From Azolla caroliniana (lineage: Eukaryota; Plantae; Polypodiophyta), in the NCBI GenBank assembly GCA_043228905.1, contig JBHGNT010000047.1:130183-194182 (forward strand): DNA of 64,000 bases. The letters are read 5' to 3'. This document shows, in pieces, positions 34,401 through 47,600 of the stretch (positions are counted from its first letter, which is position 1; every line of letters begins with the position of its first letter). The notes under the pieces are model-generated. The model worked only from the letters and a program-made list of their open reading frames with translations. It was not told the origin of the DNA and did no database searches. The position numbers were made by a program, and so were the translations under genes.

Positions 34401-37400
34401 TATGATATGGAATTAAAAAATCAAGATTTTGAAACTCAGGTCGAGAGACATGACGAAATTACAAAATTTGAGGGGTGAGTTGAGAAGAGCTAGTAGTTAA
34501 ATTAAAAGGTTCATACCTGGCTCGTGTCATATCGGATTTATGTGTTCAAACATGCGAATCCAAGCTAACAACGCTACCTATGATATGGAATTAAAAAATC
34601 AAGGTTTTGAAACTCAGGTCCAGAGACATGACGAAAATAGCAAACTTGAGGAGGGAGTAGAGAGGAGCCCTTGAGTAAATTAAAATGTTCATACCTGGCT
34701 CGTGTGATATCGGATTTATGTGTTCAAACATGCGAATCGAAGCTAACAACGCTACCTATGATATGGAATTAAACAATCAAGATTTTGAAACTCAGGTTGA
34801 GAGACATGAGGAAATTACCAAATTTAAGGAGGGAGTTGAGTAAGCCGAATGAGTAGATTAAATTGTTCATACCTTGCTCGTGTGATATCGGATTTCTCTG
34901 TTCAAACATGTGAATCGAAGCTAACAACGCTAGCTATGATATGGAATTAAAAAATCAAGATTTTGAAAGTTAGGTCGAGAGACATGAAGATATTACCAAA
35001 TTTGAGGAGGGAGTTGAGTAGGGCGAATGAGTAAATTAAATTGCTCATACCTCGCTCGTGTGATATCGGATTTTTGTATTCAAACGTGCGAATCGAAGCT
35101 AACAACGCTAGCTATGATATGGAATTAAAAAATCAAGATTTTGAAACTCAGGTCGAGAGACATGAAGAAATTAGCAAATTTGAGGAGGGAGTTGAGTAGG
35201 GCGAATGAGTAAATTAAAATGTTCATACCTCGCTCGTGTCATATCAGATTTTTGTGTTCAAACATGCGAATCGAAGCTAACAATGCTACCTATGATATGG
35301 AATTAAACAATCTAGATTTTGAAACTCACGTCGAGAGACATGAAGAAATTAGCAAATTTGAGGAGGGAGTGGAGAAGAGCCCGTTCGGAAATGAAAATGT
35401 TCATACCTCGCTCGTGTGATATCAGATTTTTGTGTTCAAACATGGGAATCGAAGCTAACAATGCTACCTATGATATGGAATTAAACGATCTAGATTTTGG
35501 AACTCAGGTCGAGAGAAATAAAGAAATTACCTAATTTGAGGAGGGAGTTGAGTAGGGGGAATGAGTAAATTAAATTTTTCATACCTCGCTCGTGTGATAT
35601 CGGATTTCTCTGTTCAAACATGCGAATCGAAACTAACAACGCTAGCTATGATATGGAATTAAAAAATCAAGATTTTGAAACTTAGGTCGAGATACATAAA
35701 GAAATTACCAAATTTGAGGAGGGAGTTGAGCAGGGCGAATGAGTAAATTAAATTGTTCATACCTCGCTCGTGCGATATCGGATTTCTCAGGTCAAACATG
35801 CGATTCGTAGCTAACAACCCTAGCTATGATATGGAATTAAAATATCAAGATTTTGAAACTCAGGTCGAGAGACATGAAGAAATTACCAAATTTGAGGAGG
35901 GAGTTGAGTAGGGCGAATGAGTAAATTACAATGTTCATACCTGGCTCGTGTGATATCAGATTTTTGTGTTCAAACATGCGAATCGAAGCTAACAATGCTA
36001 CCTATGATATGGAATTAAACAATCTAGATTTTGGAACGCAGGTCGAGAGACATGAGGAAATTACCAAATTTGAGGAGGGAGTTGAGTAGGGCGAATGAGT
36101 AAATTAAATTGTTCATACCTCGCTCGTGTGATATCGGATTTTTGTGTTCAAACATGGGAATCGAAGCTAACAACACTAGCTATGATATGGAATTAAAAAA
36201 TCCAGATTTTGAAACTTAGGTCGAGAGACATGAAGAAATTACCAAATTTGAGGAGGGAGTTGAGTAGGGCGAATGAGTAAAATAAAATGTTCATACCTCG
36301 CTCGTGTGATATCGGATTTGTGTGTTCAAACATGGGAATAGGAGATAACAACGCTAGTTATGATATGGAATTAAAAAATCAAGATTTTGAAACTCAGGTC
36401 GAGAGACATGAAGAAATTACCAAATTTGAGGAGGGAGTTGAGTAGGGCGAATGAGAAAATTCAATTGTTCATACCTCGCTCGTGTGATATCGGATTTGTG
36501 TGTTTAAACATGCGAATCGAAGCTAACATTGCTAGTTATGATATGGATTTAAAAAATCAAGATTTTGAAACCCAGATCGAGAGACATGACGAAATTAACA
36601 AAGTTGAGGAGTGAGTTGAGAATAGCTAGTAGGTAAATTTAAATGTTCATACCTGGCGACTCTGATATCGGATTTTTATGTTCAAACATGCAAATCGAAG
36701 CTAAGAACGCTAGCTATGATATGGAATTAAGAAATCAAGATTTTGAAACTCAGGTCGAGAGACATGACGAAAATAGCAAACTTGAGGAGGGAGTTGAGAA
36801 GAGCTAGTAGGTAAATTTAAATGTTCATACCTGGCTCGTGTGATATTGCATTTTTGTGTTCAAACATGCCAATCGAAGCTAACAACGCTAGCTATGATAT
36901 GGAATTAAAAAATCAAGATTTTGAAACTCAGGTCGAGAAACATGACGAAATTCGCAACCTTGAGGAGGGAGTTGAGAGGAGCCCTTGAGTAAATTAAAAT
37001 GTTCATACCTAGCTCGTGTGATATCGGATTTATGCGTTCAAACATGCGAATCGAAGCTAACATCGCTAGCTATGATATGGAATTAAAAAATCAAGATTTT
37101 GAAACTCAGGTCAAGAGACATGACGAAAATAGCAAACTTGAGGAGGGAGTTGAGAGGAGCCTTTGAGCAAATTAAAATGTTCATAGTTGGCTCCTGTGAT
37201 ATCGGATTTAAATGTTCAAACATGCGAATCGAAGATAACAACGCTAGCTATGATATGGAATTAAAAAATCAAGATTTTGAAACTCAGGTCGAGAGACATG
37301 ACGAAATTACAAAATTTGAGGGGTGAGTTGAGAAGAGCTAGTAGTTAAATTAAAAGGTTCATACCTGGCTCGTGTCATATCGGATTTATGTGTTCAAACA

Positions 37401-39290
37401 TGCGAATCGAAGATAACAACGCTAGCTATGATATGGAATTAAAAATTCAAGATTTTCAAACTCAGGTCGAGAGACATGACGAAATTAGCAACCTTGACAG
37501 GGGAGTTGAGAGGAGCCCTTGAGCAAATTAAAATGTTCATACCTGGCTCCTGTGATATCGGATTTATGTGTTCAAACATGCGAATCGAAGCTAACAACGC
37601 TAGGTATGATATGGATTTAAAAAATCAAGATTTTGAAGCTCAGGTCGAGAGACATGACGAAATTTGCAACCTTGACAAGGGAGTTGAGAGGAGCCCTTGA
37701 GTAAATTAAAATGTTCATACCTGGCTCGTGTAATATCGGGTTTTTGTGTTCAAACATGCGAATCAAAGCTAACAGCGCTAGCTATGAAATGGAATTAAAA
37801 AATCAAGATTTTGAAACTCAGGTCGAGAGACATGACAAAATTACCAAAGTTGAGGAGTGAGTTGAGAAGAGCTAGTAGGTAAATTAAAATTTTCATACCT
37901 GGCTCGTGTGTTATCGGATTTTTGTGTTCAAACATGCGAATCGAAGCTAACATCGCTAGCTATGATATGGAATTAAAAAATCAAGATTTTGAAACTCAGG
38001 TCGAGAGACGTGACGAAATTAGCAACCTTGACAAGGGAGTTGAGAGGAGCCCTTGAGTAAATTAAAATGTTCATACCTGGCTCGTGTGATATCGGATTTT
38101 TGTGTTCAAACATACAAATCGAAATTAACAACGCTAGTTATGATATGGAATTATAAAATCAAGATTTTGAAACCCAGATAGAGAGACATGACGAAATTAC
38201 CAAATTTGAGGAGTGAGTTGAGAAGAGCTAGTAGGTAAATATAAATGTTCATACCTAGCAACTGTGATATCGGATTTTTATGTTCAAACATGCAAATCGA
38301 AGCTAAGAACGCTAGCTATGATATGGAATTAAAAAATCAAGTACGCTAGCTAAGAACGCTAGCTATGATATGGAATCGAAGCTAACAACGCTAGGTATGA
38401 TATGGATTTAAAAAATCAAGATTTTGAAACTCAGGTCGAGAGACATGTCGAAATTTGCAACCTTGACAAGGGAGTTGAGAAGAGCTAGTAGGTAAATTTA
38501 AATGTTCATACCTGGCCACTGTGATATCAGATTTTTGTGTTCAAACATGCGAATGGAAGCTAACAACGCTAGCTATGATATGGAATTAAAAAATCAAGAT
38601 TTTGAAACTCAGGTCGAGAGACATGACGAAATTTCCACATTTGAGGAGTGAATTAAGAAGAGCTAGTAGGTAAGTTTAAATATTCATACCTGGCTCGTGT
38701 GATATCGGATTCTTATGTTCAAACATGCGAATCGAAGCTAACAACGCTAGCTATGATATGGAATTAAAAAATCAAGATTTTGAAACTCAGGTCGAGAGAC
38801 ATCAAAAAATTACCAAATTTGAGGAGTGAGTTGAGAAGAGCTAGTAGGTAAATTAAAATGTTCAAACCTGGCTCGTGTCATATGGGATTTGTGTGTTCAA
38901 ACATACGAATCGAAGCTAACAACGCTAGCTATGATATGGAATTAAAAAATCAAGATTTTGAAACTCAGGTCGATAAACACGACGAAATTGGCAATCTTGA
39001 CAAGGGAGTTGAGAGCAGCCCTTGAGCAAATTAAAATGTTCATACCTGGCTCGTGTGATATTGCATTTTTGTGTTCAAACATGCGAATTGAAGCTAACAA
39101 CGCTAGCTATGATATGGAAGTAAAAAATCAAGATTTTGAAACTCAGGTCGAGAGACATGACGAAATTACCAAAGTTGAGGAGTGAGTTGAGAGGAGCCCT
39201 TGAGTAAATTAAAATGTTCATACCTAGCTCGTGTGATATCAGATTTATGTGTTCAAACATGCAAATCGAAGCTAACAACGCTAGCTATGA
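19480..39290 (+). repeat. Multi-kilobase satellite block in three overlapping-content copies (offsets 8704, 4885, 13589) with an inner 2216-bp tandem duplication
   Basis: Diagnostic monomer ...GAGCCCGTTCGGAAATGAAAATG in ORFs 21630/30334/35219; ORFs 19772/28476; ORFs 23888/26104/32591/37476; a 79-bp scar at 24754, 26970, 33457 and 38342. Confidence 0.9.
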
Positions 39291-41909
39291 TATGGAATTA
39301 AATAATCAAAAATTTGAAACTCAGGTCGAGAAACATGACGAAATTACCAAATATTAGGTGTGAGTTGAGAAGAGCAAGTAGGTAAATTAAAATGTTCATA
39401 CCTGGCTCCTGTGATATCGGATTTATGTGTTCAAACATGCTAATCCAAGCTAACAACGCTAGGTATGATATGGAATTAAAAAATAGAGATTTTGAAACTC
39501 AGGTCGGGTGACATGACGAAATTACCAACATTGAGGAGTGAGTTGAGAGGAGCCCTTGAGTAAATTAAAATGTTCATACTTGGCTCGTGTGATATCGGAT
39601 TTATGTGTTCAAACAGGCGAATCGAAGCTAACATCGCTAGCTATAATATGGAATTAAAAAATCAAGATTTTGAAACTCAGGTCGAGAGACATGACAAATT
39701 GGCAACCTTGACAAGGGAGTTGAGAGCAGCCCTTGAGTAAATTAAAATGTTCATACCTGGCTCGTGTAATATCGGATTTTTGTGTTGAAACATGCAAATC
39801 GAAGCTAAGAACGTTAGCTATGATATGGAATTAAAAAATCAAGATTTTGAAACTCAGGTCGAGAGACATGAAAAAATTACCAAATTTGAGGAGGGAGTTG
39901 AGAGCAGCCCTTGAGCAAATTAAAATGTTCAGACCTGGCTCGTGTGATATCGGATTTTTGTGTTCAAACATGCGAATTGAAGCTAACAACGCTAACTATG
40001 ATATGGAATTAAAAAATCAAGATTTTGAAACTCAGGTCAAGAGACATGACGAAAATAGCAGCCATTAAGTAAATTAAAATGTTCATACCTGGCTCTTGTG
40101 ATATCGGATTTATGTGTTCAAACATGCCAAACGAAGCTAACAACGCTAGTTATGATATGGAATTAAAAAATCAAGATTTTGAAACTCAGGTCGAGAGACA
40201 TGACGAAATTACCAAATTTGAGGAGTGAGTTGAGAAGAGCTAGTAGGTAAATTAAAATGTTCATACCTGGCTCGTGTGATATCGGATTTATGTGTTCAAA
40301 CATGCAAATCGAAGCTAACAACGCTAGCTATGATATGGAATAAAAAAATCAAGATTTTGAAACTCAGGTCGAGAGACATGACGAAATTACCAAATTTGAG
40401 GGCTGAGTTGAGAAGAGCTAGTAGGTAAATTAAAAGGTTCATACCTGGCTCGTGTCATATCGGATTTCTGTGTTCAAACATGCAAATCGAAGCTAACAAC
40501 GCTAGTTATGATATGGAATTAAAAAACAAGATTTTGAAACCCAGATCGAGAGACATGACGAAATTACCAAAGTTGAGGAGTGAGTTGAGAAGAGCTAGTA
40601 GGTAAATTTAAATGTTCATACCTGGCGACTGTGATATCGGATTTTTATGTTCAAACATGCAAATCGAAGCTAAGAACGCTAGCTATGATATGGAATTAAA
40701 AAATCAAGATTTTGAAACTCAGGTCGAGAGACATGACGAAAATAGCAAACTTGAGGAGGGAGTTAAGAAGAGCAAGTAGATAAATTAAAATGTTCATACC
40801 TGGCTCCTGTGATATCGGATTTATGTGTTCAAACATGCGAATCCAAGCTAACAACGCTAGGTATGATATGGAATTAAAAAATAGAGATTTTGAAACTCAG
40901 GTCGGGAGACATGACGAAATTACCAAATTTGAGGAGTGAGTTGAGAGGAGCCCTTGAGTAAATTAAAATGTTCATACCTAGCTCGTGTGATATCGGATTT
41001 TTGTGTTCAAACATGCAAATCTAAGCTAACAACGCTAGTTATGATATGGAATTAAAAAATCAAGATTTTGAAACCCAGATCGAGAGACATGACGAAATTA
41101 CCAAAGTTGAGGAGTGAGTTGAGAAGAGCTAGTAGGTAAATTTAAATGTTCATACCTGGCGACTGTGATATCGGATTTTTATGTTCAAACATGCAAATCG
41201 AAGCTAAGAACGCTAGCTATGATATAGAATTAAAAAATCAAGATTTTGAAACTCAGGTCGAGAGACATGACGAAAATAGCAAACTTGAGGAGGGAGTTGA
41301 GAAGAGCTAGTAGGTAAATTAAAATGTTCATACCTGGCTCGTGTGATATCGGATTTTTGTGTTCAAACATGCCAATCGAAGCTAACAACGCTAGTTATGA
41401 TATGGATTTAAAAAATCAAGATTTTGAAACTCAGGTCGAGAGACATGAAGAAATTACCAGATTTGAGGAGTGAGTTGAGAGGAGCCCTTGAGTAAATTAA
41501 AATGTTCAAACCTGGCTCGTGTAATATCGGATTTATGTGTTCAAACATGCGAATCGAAGCTACCAACACTAGCTACGATATGCAATTAAAAAATCAAGAT
41601 TTTGAAACTCAGGTCGACAGATCTGCTGAAAATAGCAAACTTGAGGAGGGAGTTGAGAAGAGCTAGTAGGTAAATTAAAATGTTCATACCTGGATCGTGT
41701 AATATCGGATTTATGTGTTCAAACATGCCAAACGAAGCTAATAACGCTAGCTATGATATGGAATTAAAAAATCAAGATTTTGAAACTCAGGTCGAGAGAC
41801 ATGACGAAATTACCACATTTGAGAAATGAGTTGAGAAGAGCTAGTAGGTAAATTTAAATATTCATACCTGGCTCGTGTGATATCGAATTTTTATGTTCAA
41901 ACATGCAAA

Positions 41910-44664
41910 TCGAAGCTAACAACGCTAGCTATGATATGGAATTAAAAAATCAAGATTTTGAAACTCAGGTCGAGAGACATGAAAAAATTACCAAATTTGA
42001 GGAGGGAGTTGAGAAGAGCTAGTAGGTAAATTAAAATGTTCATACCTGGCTCGTGTAATATCGGATTTATGTGTTCAAACATGCCAATCGAAGCTAATAA
42101 CGCTAGCTATGATATGGAATTAAAAAATCAAGATTTTGAAACTCAGGTTGAGAGACATGACGAAAATAGCAAACTTGAGGAGTGAGTTGAGAAGAGCTAG
42201 TAGGTAAATTAAAATGTTCATACCTGGCTCGTGTGATATCGGATTTATGTGTTCAAACATGCAAATCGAAGCTAACAACGCTAGCTATGATATGGAATAA
42301 AAAAATCAAGATTTTGAAACTCAGGTCGAGAGACATGATGAAATTACCAAATTTGAGCTGTGAGTTGAGAAGAGCTAGTAGGTAAATTTAAATATTCATA
42401 CCTGGCTCGTGTGATATCGGATTTTTATGTTCAAACATGCGAATCGAAGCTAACAACGCTAGCTATGATATGGAATTAAAAAATCAAGATTTTGAAACTC
42501 AGGTCGATAAACACGACGAAATTGGCAATCTTGACAAGGGAGTTGAGAGCAGCCCTTGAGCAAATTAAAATGTTCATACCTGGCTCGTGTGATATTGCAT
42601 TTTTGTGTTCAAACATGCGAATTGAAGCTAACAACGCTAGCTATGATATGGAAGTAAAAAATCAAGATTTTGAAACTCAGGTCGAGAGACATGACGAAAT
42701 TACCAATGTTGAGGAGTGAGTTGAGAGGAGCCCTTGAGTAAATTAAAATGTTCATACCTAGCTCGTGTGATATCGGATTTATGTGTTCAAACATGCAAAT
42801 CGAAGCTAACAACGCTAGCTATGATATGGAATTAAAAAATCAAGATTTTGAAACTCAGGTCGATAAACACGACGAAATTGGCAATCTTGACAAGGGAGTT
42901 GAGAGCAGCCCTTGAGCAAATTAAAATGTTCATACCTGGCTCGTGTGATATTGCATTTTTGTGTTCAAACATGCGAATTGAAGCTAACAACGCTAGCTAT
43001 GATATGGAAGTAAAAAATCAAGATTTTGAAACTCAGGTCGAGAGACATGACGAAATTACCAATGTTGAGGAGTGAGTTGAGAGGAGCCCTTGAGTAAATT
43101 AAAATGTTCATACCTAGCTCGTGTGATATCGGATTTATGTGTTCAAACATGCAAATCGAAGCTAACAACGCTAGCTATGATATGGAATTAAATAATCAAG
43201 AATTTGAAACTCAGGTCGAGAAACATGACGAAATTACCAATCTTGACAAGGGAGTTGAGAGCAGCCCTTGAGCAAATTAAAATGTTCATACCTGGCTCGT
43301 GTGATATTGCATTTTTGTGTTCAAACATGCGAATTGAAGCTAACAACGCTAGCTATGATATGGAATTAAAAAATCAAGATTTTGAAACTCAGGTCGAGAG
43401 ACATGAAAAAATTACCAAATTTGAGGAGGGAGTTGAGAAGAGCTAGTAGGTAAATTAAAATGTTCATACCTGGCTCGTGTAATATCGGATTTATGTGTTC
43501 AAACATGCCAATCGAAGCTAATAACGCTAGCTATGATATGGAATTAAAAAATCAAGATTTTGAAACTCAGGTTGAGAGACATGACGAAAATAGCAAACTT
43601 GAGGAGTGAGTTGAGAAGAGCTAGTAGGTAAATTAAAATGTTCATACCTGGCTCGTGTGATATCGGATTTATGTGTTCAAACATGCAAATCGAAGCTAAC
43701 AACGCTAGCTATGATATGGAATAAAAAAATCAAGATTTTGAAACTCAGGTCGAGAGACATGATGAAATTACCAAATTTGAGCTGTGAGTTGAGAAGAGCT
43801 AGTAGGTAAATTTAAATATTCATACCTGGCTCGTGTGATATCAGATTTTTATGTTCAAACATGCGAATCGAAGCTAACAACGCTAGCTATGATATGGAAT
43901 TAAAAAATCAAGATTTTGAAACTCAGGTCGATAAACACGACGAAATTGGCAATCTTGACAAGGGAGTTGAGAGCAGCCCTTGAGCAAATTAAAATGTTCA
44001 TACCTGGCTCGTGTGATATTGCATTTTTGTGTTCAAACATGCGAATTGAAGCTAACAACGCTAGCTATGATATGGAAGTAAAAAATCAAGATTTTGAAAC
44101 TCAGGTCGAGAGACATGACGAAATTACCAATGTTGAGGAGTGAGTTGAGAGGAGCCCTTGAGTAAATTAAAATGTTCATACCTAGCTCGTGTGATATCGG
44201 ATTTATGTGTTCAAACATGCAAATCGAAGCTAACAACGCTAGCTATGATATGGAATTAAAAAATCAAGATTTTGAAACTCAGGTCGATAAACACGACGAA
44301 ATTGGCAATCTTGACAAGGGAGTTGAGAGCAGCCCTTGAGCAAATTAAAATGTTCATACCTGGCTCGTGTGATATTGCATTTTTGTGTTCAAACATGCGA
44401 ATTGAAGCTAACAACGCTAGCTATGATATGGAAGTAAAAAATCAAGATTTTGAAACTCAGGTCGAGAGACATGACGAAATTACCAATGTTGAGGAGTGAG
44501 TTGAGAGGAGCCCTTGAGTAAATTAAAATGTTCATACCTAGCTCGTGTGATATCGGATTTATGTGTTCAAACATGCAAATCGAAGCTAACAACGCTAGCT
44601 ATGATATGGAATTAAATAATCAAGAATTTGAAACTCAGGTCGAGAAACATGACGAAATTACCAA
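41910..44664 (+). repeat. 8-mer (1424 bp) tandem duplication containing a duplicated 356-bp dimer
   Basis: ORFs 42492/42848 and 43916/44272 (356 within each pair, 1424 between pairs); GAAAAAATTACC at 41981 and 43405. Confidence 0.87.
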
Positions 44665-47600
44665 ATATTAGGTGTGAGTTGAGAAGAGCAAGTAGGTAAA
44701 TTAAAATGTTCATACCTGGCTCCTGTGATATCGGATTTATGTGTTCAAACATGCGAATCCAAGCTAACAACGCTAGGTATGATATGGAATTAAATAATAG
44801 AGATTTTGAAACTCAGGTCGGGAGACATGACGAAATTACCAAATTTGAGGAGTGAGTTGAGAGGAGCCCTTGAGTAAATTAAAATGTTCATACCTGGCTC
44901 GTGTGATATCGGATTTTTGTGTTCAAACATACAAATCGAAGCTAACAACGCTAGTTATGATATGAAATTAAAAAATCAAGATTTTGAAACCCAGATCGAG
45001 AGACATGACGAAATTACCAAAGTTGAGGAGAAAGTTGAGAAGAGCTAGTAGGTAAATTTAAATGTTCATACCTGGCGACTGTGATATCGGATTTTTATGT
45101 TCAAACATGCAAATCGAAGCTAAGAACGCTAGCTATGATATGGAATTAAAAAATCAGGATTTTGAAACTCAGGTCGAGAGACATGACGAAAATAGCAAAC
45201 TTGAGGAGGGAGTTGAGAAGAGCTAGTAGGTAAATTTAAATGTTCATACCTGGCTCGTGTGATATTGCATTTTTGTGTTCAAACATGCGAATTGAAGCTA
45301 ACAACGCTAGTTATGATATGGATTTAAAAAATCAAGATTCTGAAACTCAGGTCGAGAGACATGACGAAATTACCAAATTTGAGGAGTGAGTTGAGAGGAG
45401 CCCTTGAGTAAATTAAAATGTTCAAACCTGGCTCGTTTGATATCGGATTTATGTGTTCAAACATGCAAATCGAAGGTAACAACACTAGCTACGATATGGA
45501 ATTAAAAAATCAAGATTTGGAAACTCAGGTCGACAGATCTGCTGAAAATAGCAAACTTGAGGAGGGAGTTGAGAAGAGCTAGTAGGTAAATTAAAATGTT
45601 CATACCTGGATCGTGTAATATCGGATTTATGTGTTCAAACATGCCAAACGAAGCTAATAACGCTAGCTATGATATGGAATTAAAAAATCAAGATTTTGAA
45701 ACTCAGGTCGAGAGACATGACGAAATTACCACATTTGAGGAATGAGTTGAGAAGAGCTAGTAGGTAAATTAAAATGTTCATACCTGGCTCGTGTAATATC
45801 GGATTTATGTGTTCAAACATTCCAATCGAAGCTAATAACGCTAGCTATGATATGGAATTAAAAAATCAAGATTTTGAAACTCAGGTCGAGAGACATGACG
45901 AAAATAGCAAACTTGAGGAGGGAGTTGAGAAGAGCTGGTAGGTAAATTTAAATGTTCATACCTGGCGACTGTGATATCGGATTATTGTGTTCAAACATGC
46001 CAATCGAAGCTAACAACGCTAGCTATGATATGCAATTAAAAAATCAAGATTTTGAAACTCAGGTCGAGAAACATGACGAAATTAGCAACCTTGAGGAGGG
46101 AGTTGAGAGGAGCCCTTGACCAAATTAAAATGTTCATACCTGGCTCCTGTGATATTGGATTTATGTGTTCAAACATGCGAATCGAAGCTAACAACGCAAG
46201 CTATGATATGGAATTAAAAAATCAAGAATTTGAAACTCATTGCAAGAGACATGACGAAATTACTAAATTTGAGCTGTGAGTTGAGAAGAGCTAGTAGGGA
46301 AATTAAAATGTTCAAACCTGGCTCGTGTCATATCGGATTTATGTGTTCAAACATGCGAATCAAAGCTAACAACGCTAGCTATGATATGGAATTAAAAATT
46401 TAAGATTTTGAAACTCAGGTCGACAGATCTGACGGAAATAGCAAACTTGAGGAGGGAGTTGAGAAGAGCTAGTAGGTAAATTAAAATGTTCATACCTGGC
46501 TCGTGTAACATCGGATTTTTGTGTTCAAACATGCCAATCGAAGCTAATAACGCTAGCTATGATATGGAATTAAAAAATCAAGATTTTGAAACTCAGGTCG
46601 ACAAACACGACGAAATTGGCAATCTTGACAAGGGAGTTGAGAGCAGCCCTTGAGCAAATTAAAATGCTCATACCTGGCTCGTGTGATATTGCATTTCTGT
46701 GTTCAAACATGCGAATTGAAGCTAACAACGCTAGCTATGATATGGAATTAAAAATTCAAGATTTTGAAACTCAGGTCGAGAGACATGAAAAAATTACCAA
46801 ATTTGAGGAGTGAGTTGAGAAGAGCCAGTAGGTAAATTAAAATGTTCATACCTGGCTCGTGTCATATGGGATTTATGTGTTCAAACATACGAATCGAAGC
46901 TAACAACGCTAGCTATGATATGGAATTAAAAAATCAAGATTTTGAAACTCAGGTCGATAAACACGACGAAATTGGCAATCTTGACAAGGGAGTTGAGAGC
47001 AGCCCTTGAGCAAATTAAAATGCTCATACCTGGCTCGTGTGATATTGCATTTCTGTGTTCAAACATGCGAATTGAAGCTAACAACGCTAGCTATGATATG
47101 GAAATAAAAAATCAAGATTTTGAAACTCAGGTCGAGAGACATGACGAAATTACCAAAGTTGAGGAGTGAGTTGAGAGGAGCCCTTGAGTAAATTAAAATG
47201 TTCATACCTAGCTCGTGTGATATCGGATTTATGTGTTCAAACATGCAAATCGAAGCTAACAACGCTAGCTATGATATGGAATTAAAAAATCAAGATTTTG
47301 AAACTCAGGTCGAGAGACATGACGAAATTACCAAATTTGAGGGGTGAGTTGAGAAGAGCTTGTAGGTAAATTAAAAGGTTCATACCTGGCTCGTGTCATA
47401 TCGGATTTCTGTGTTCAAACATGCAAATCGAAGCTAACAACGCTAGCTATGATATGGAATTAAAAAATCAAGATTTTGAAACTCAGGTCGAGAGACATGA
47501 CGAAAATAGCAAACTTGAGGAGGGAGTTGAGAAGAGCTAGTAGGTAAATTTAAATGTTCATACCTGGTGACTGTGATATCGGATTTTTGTGTTCAAACAT

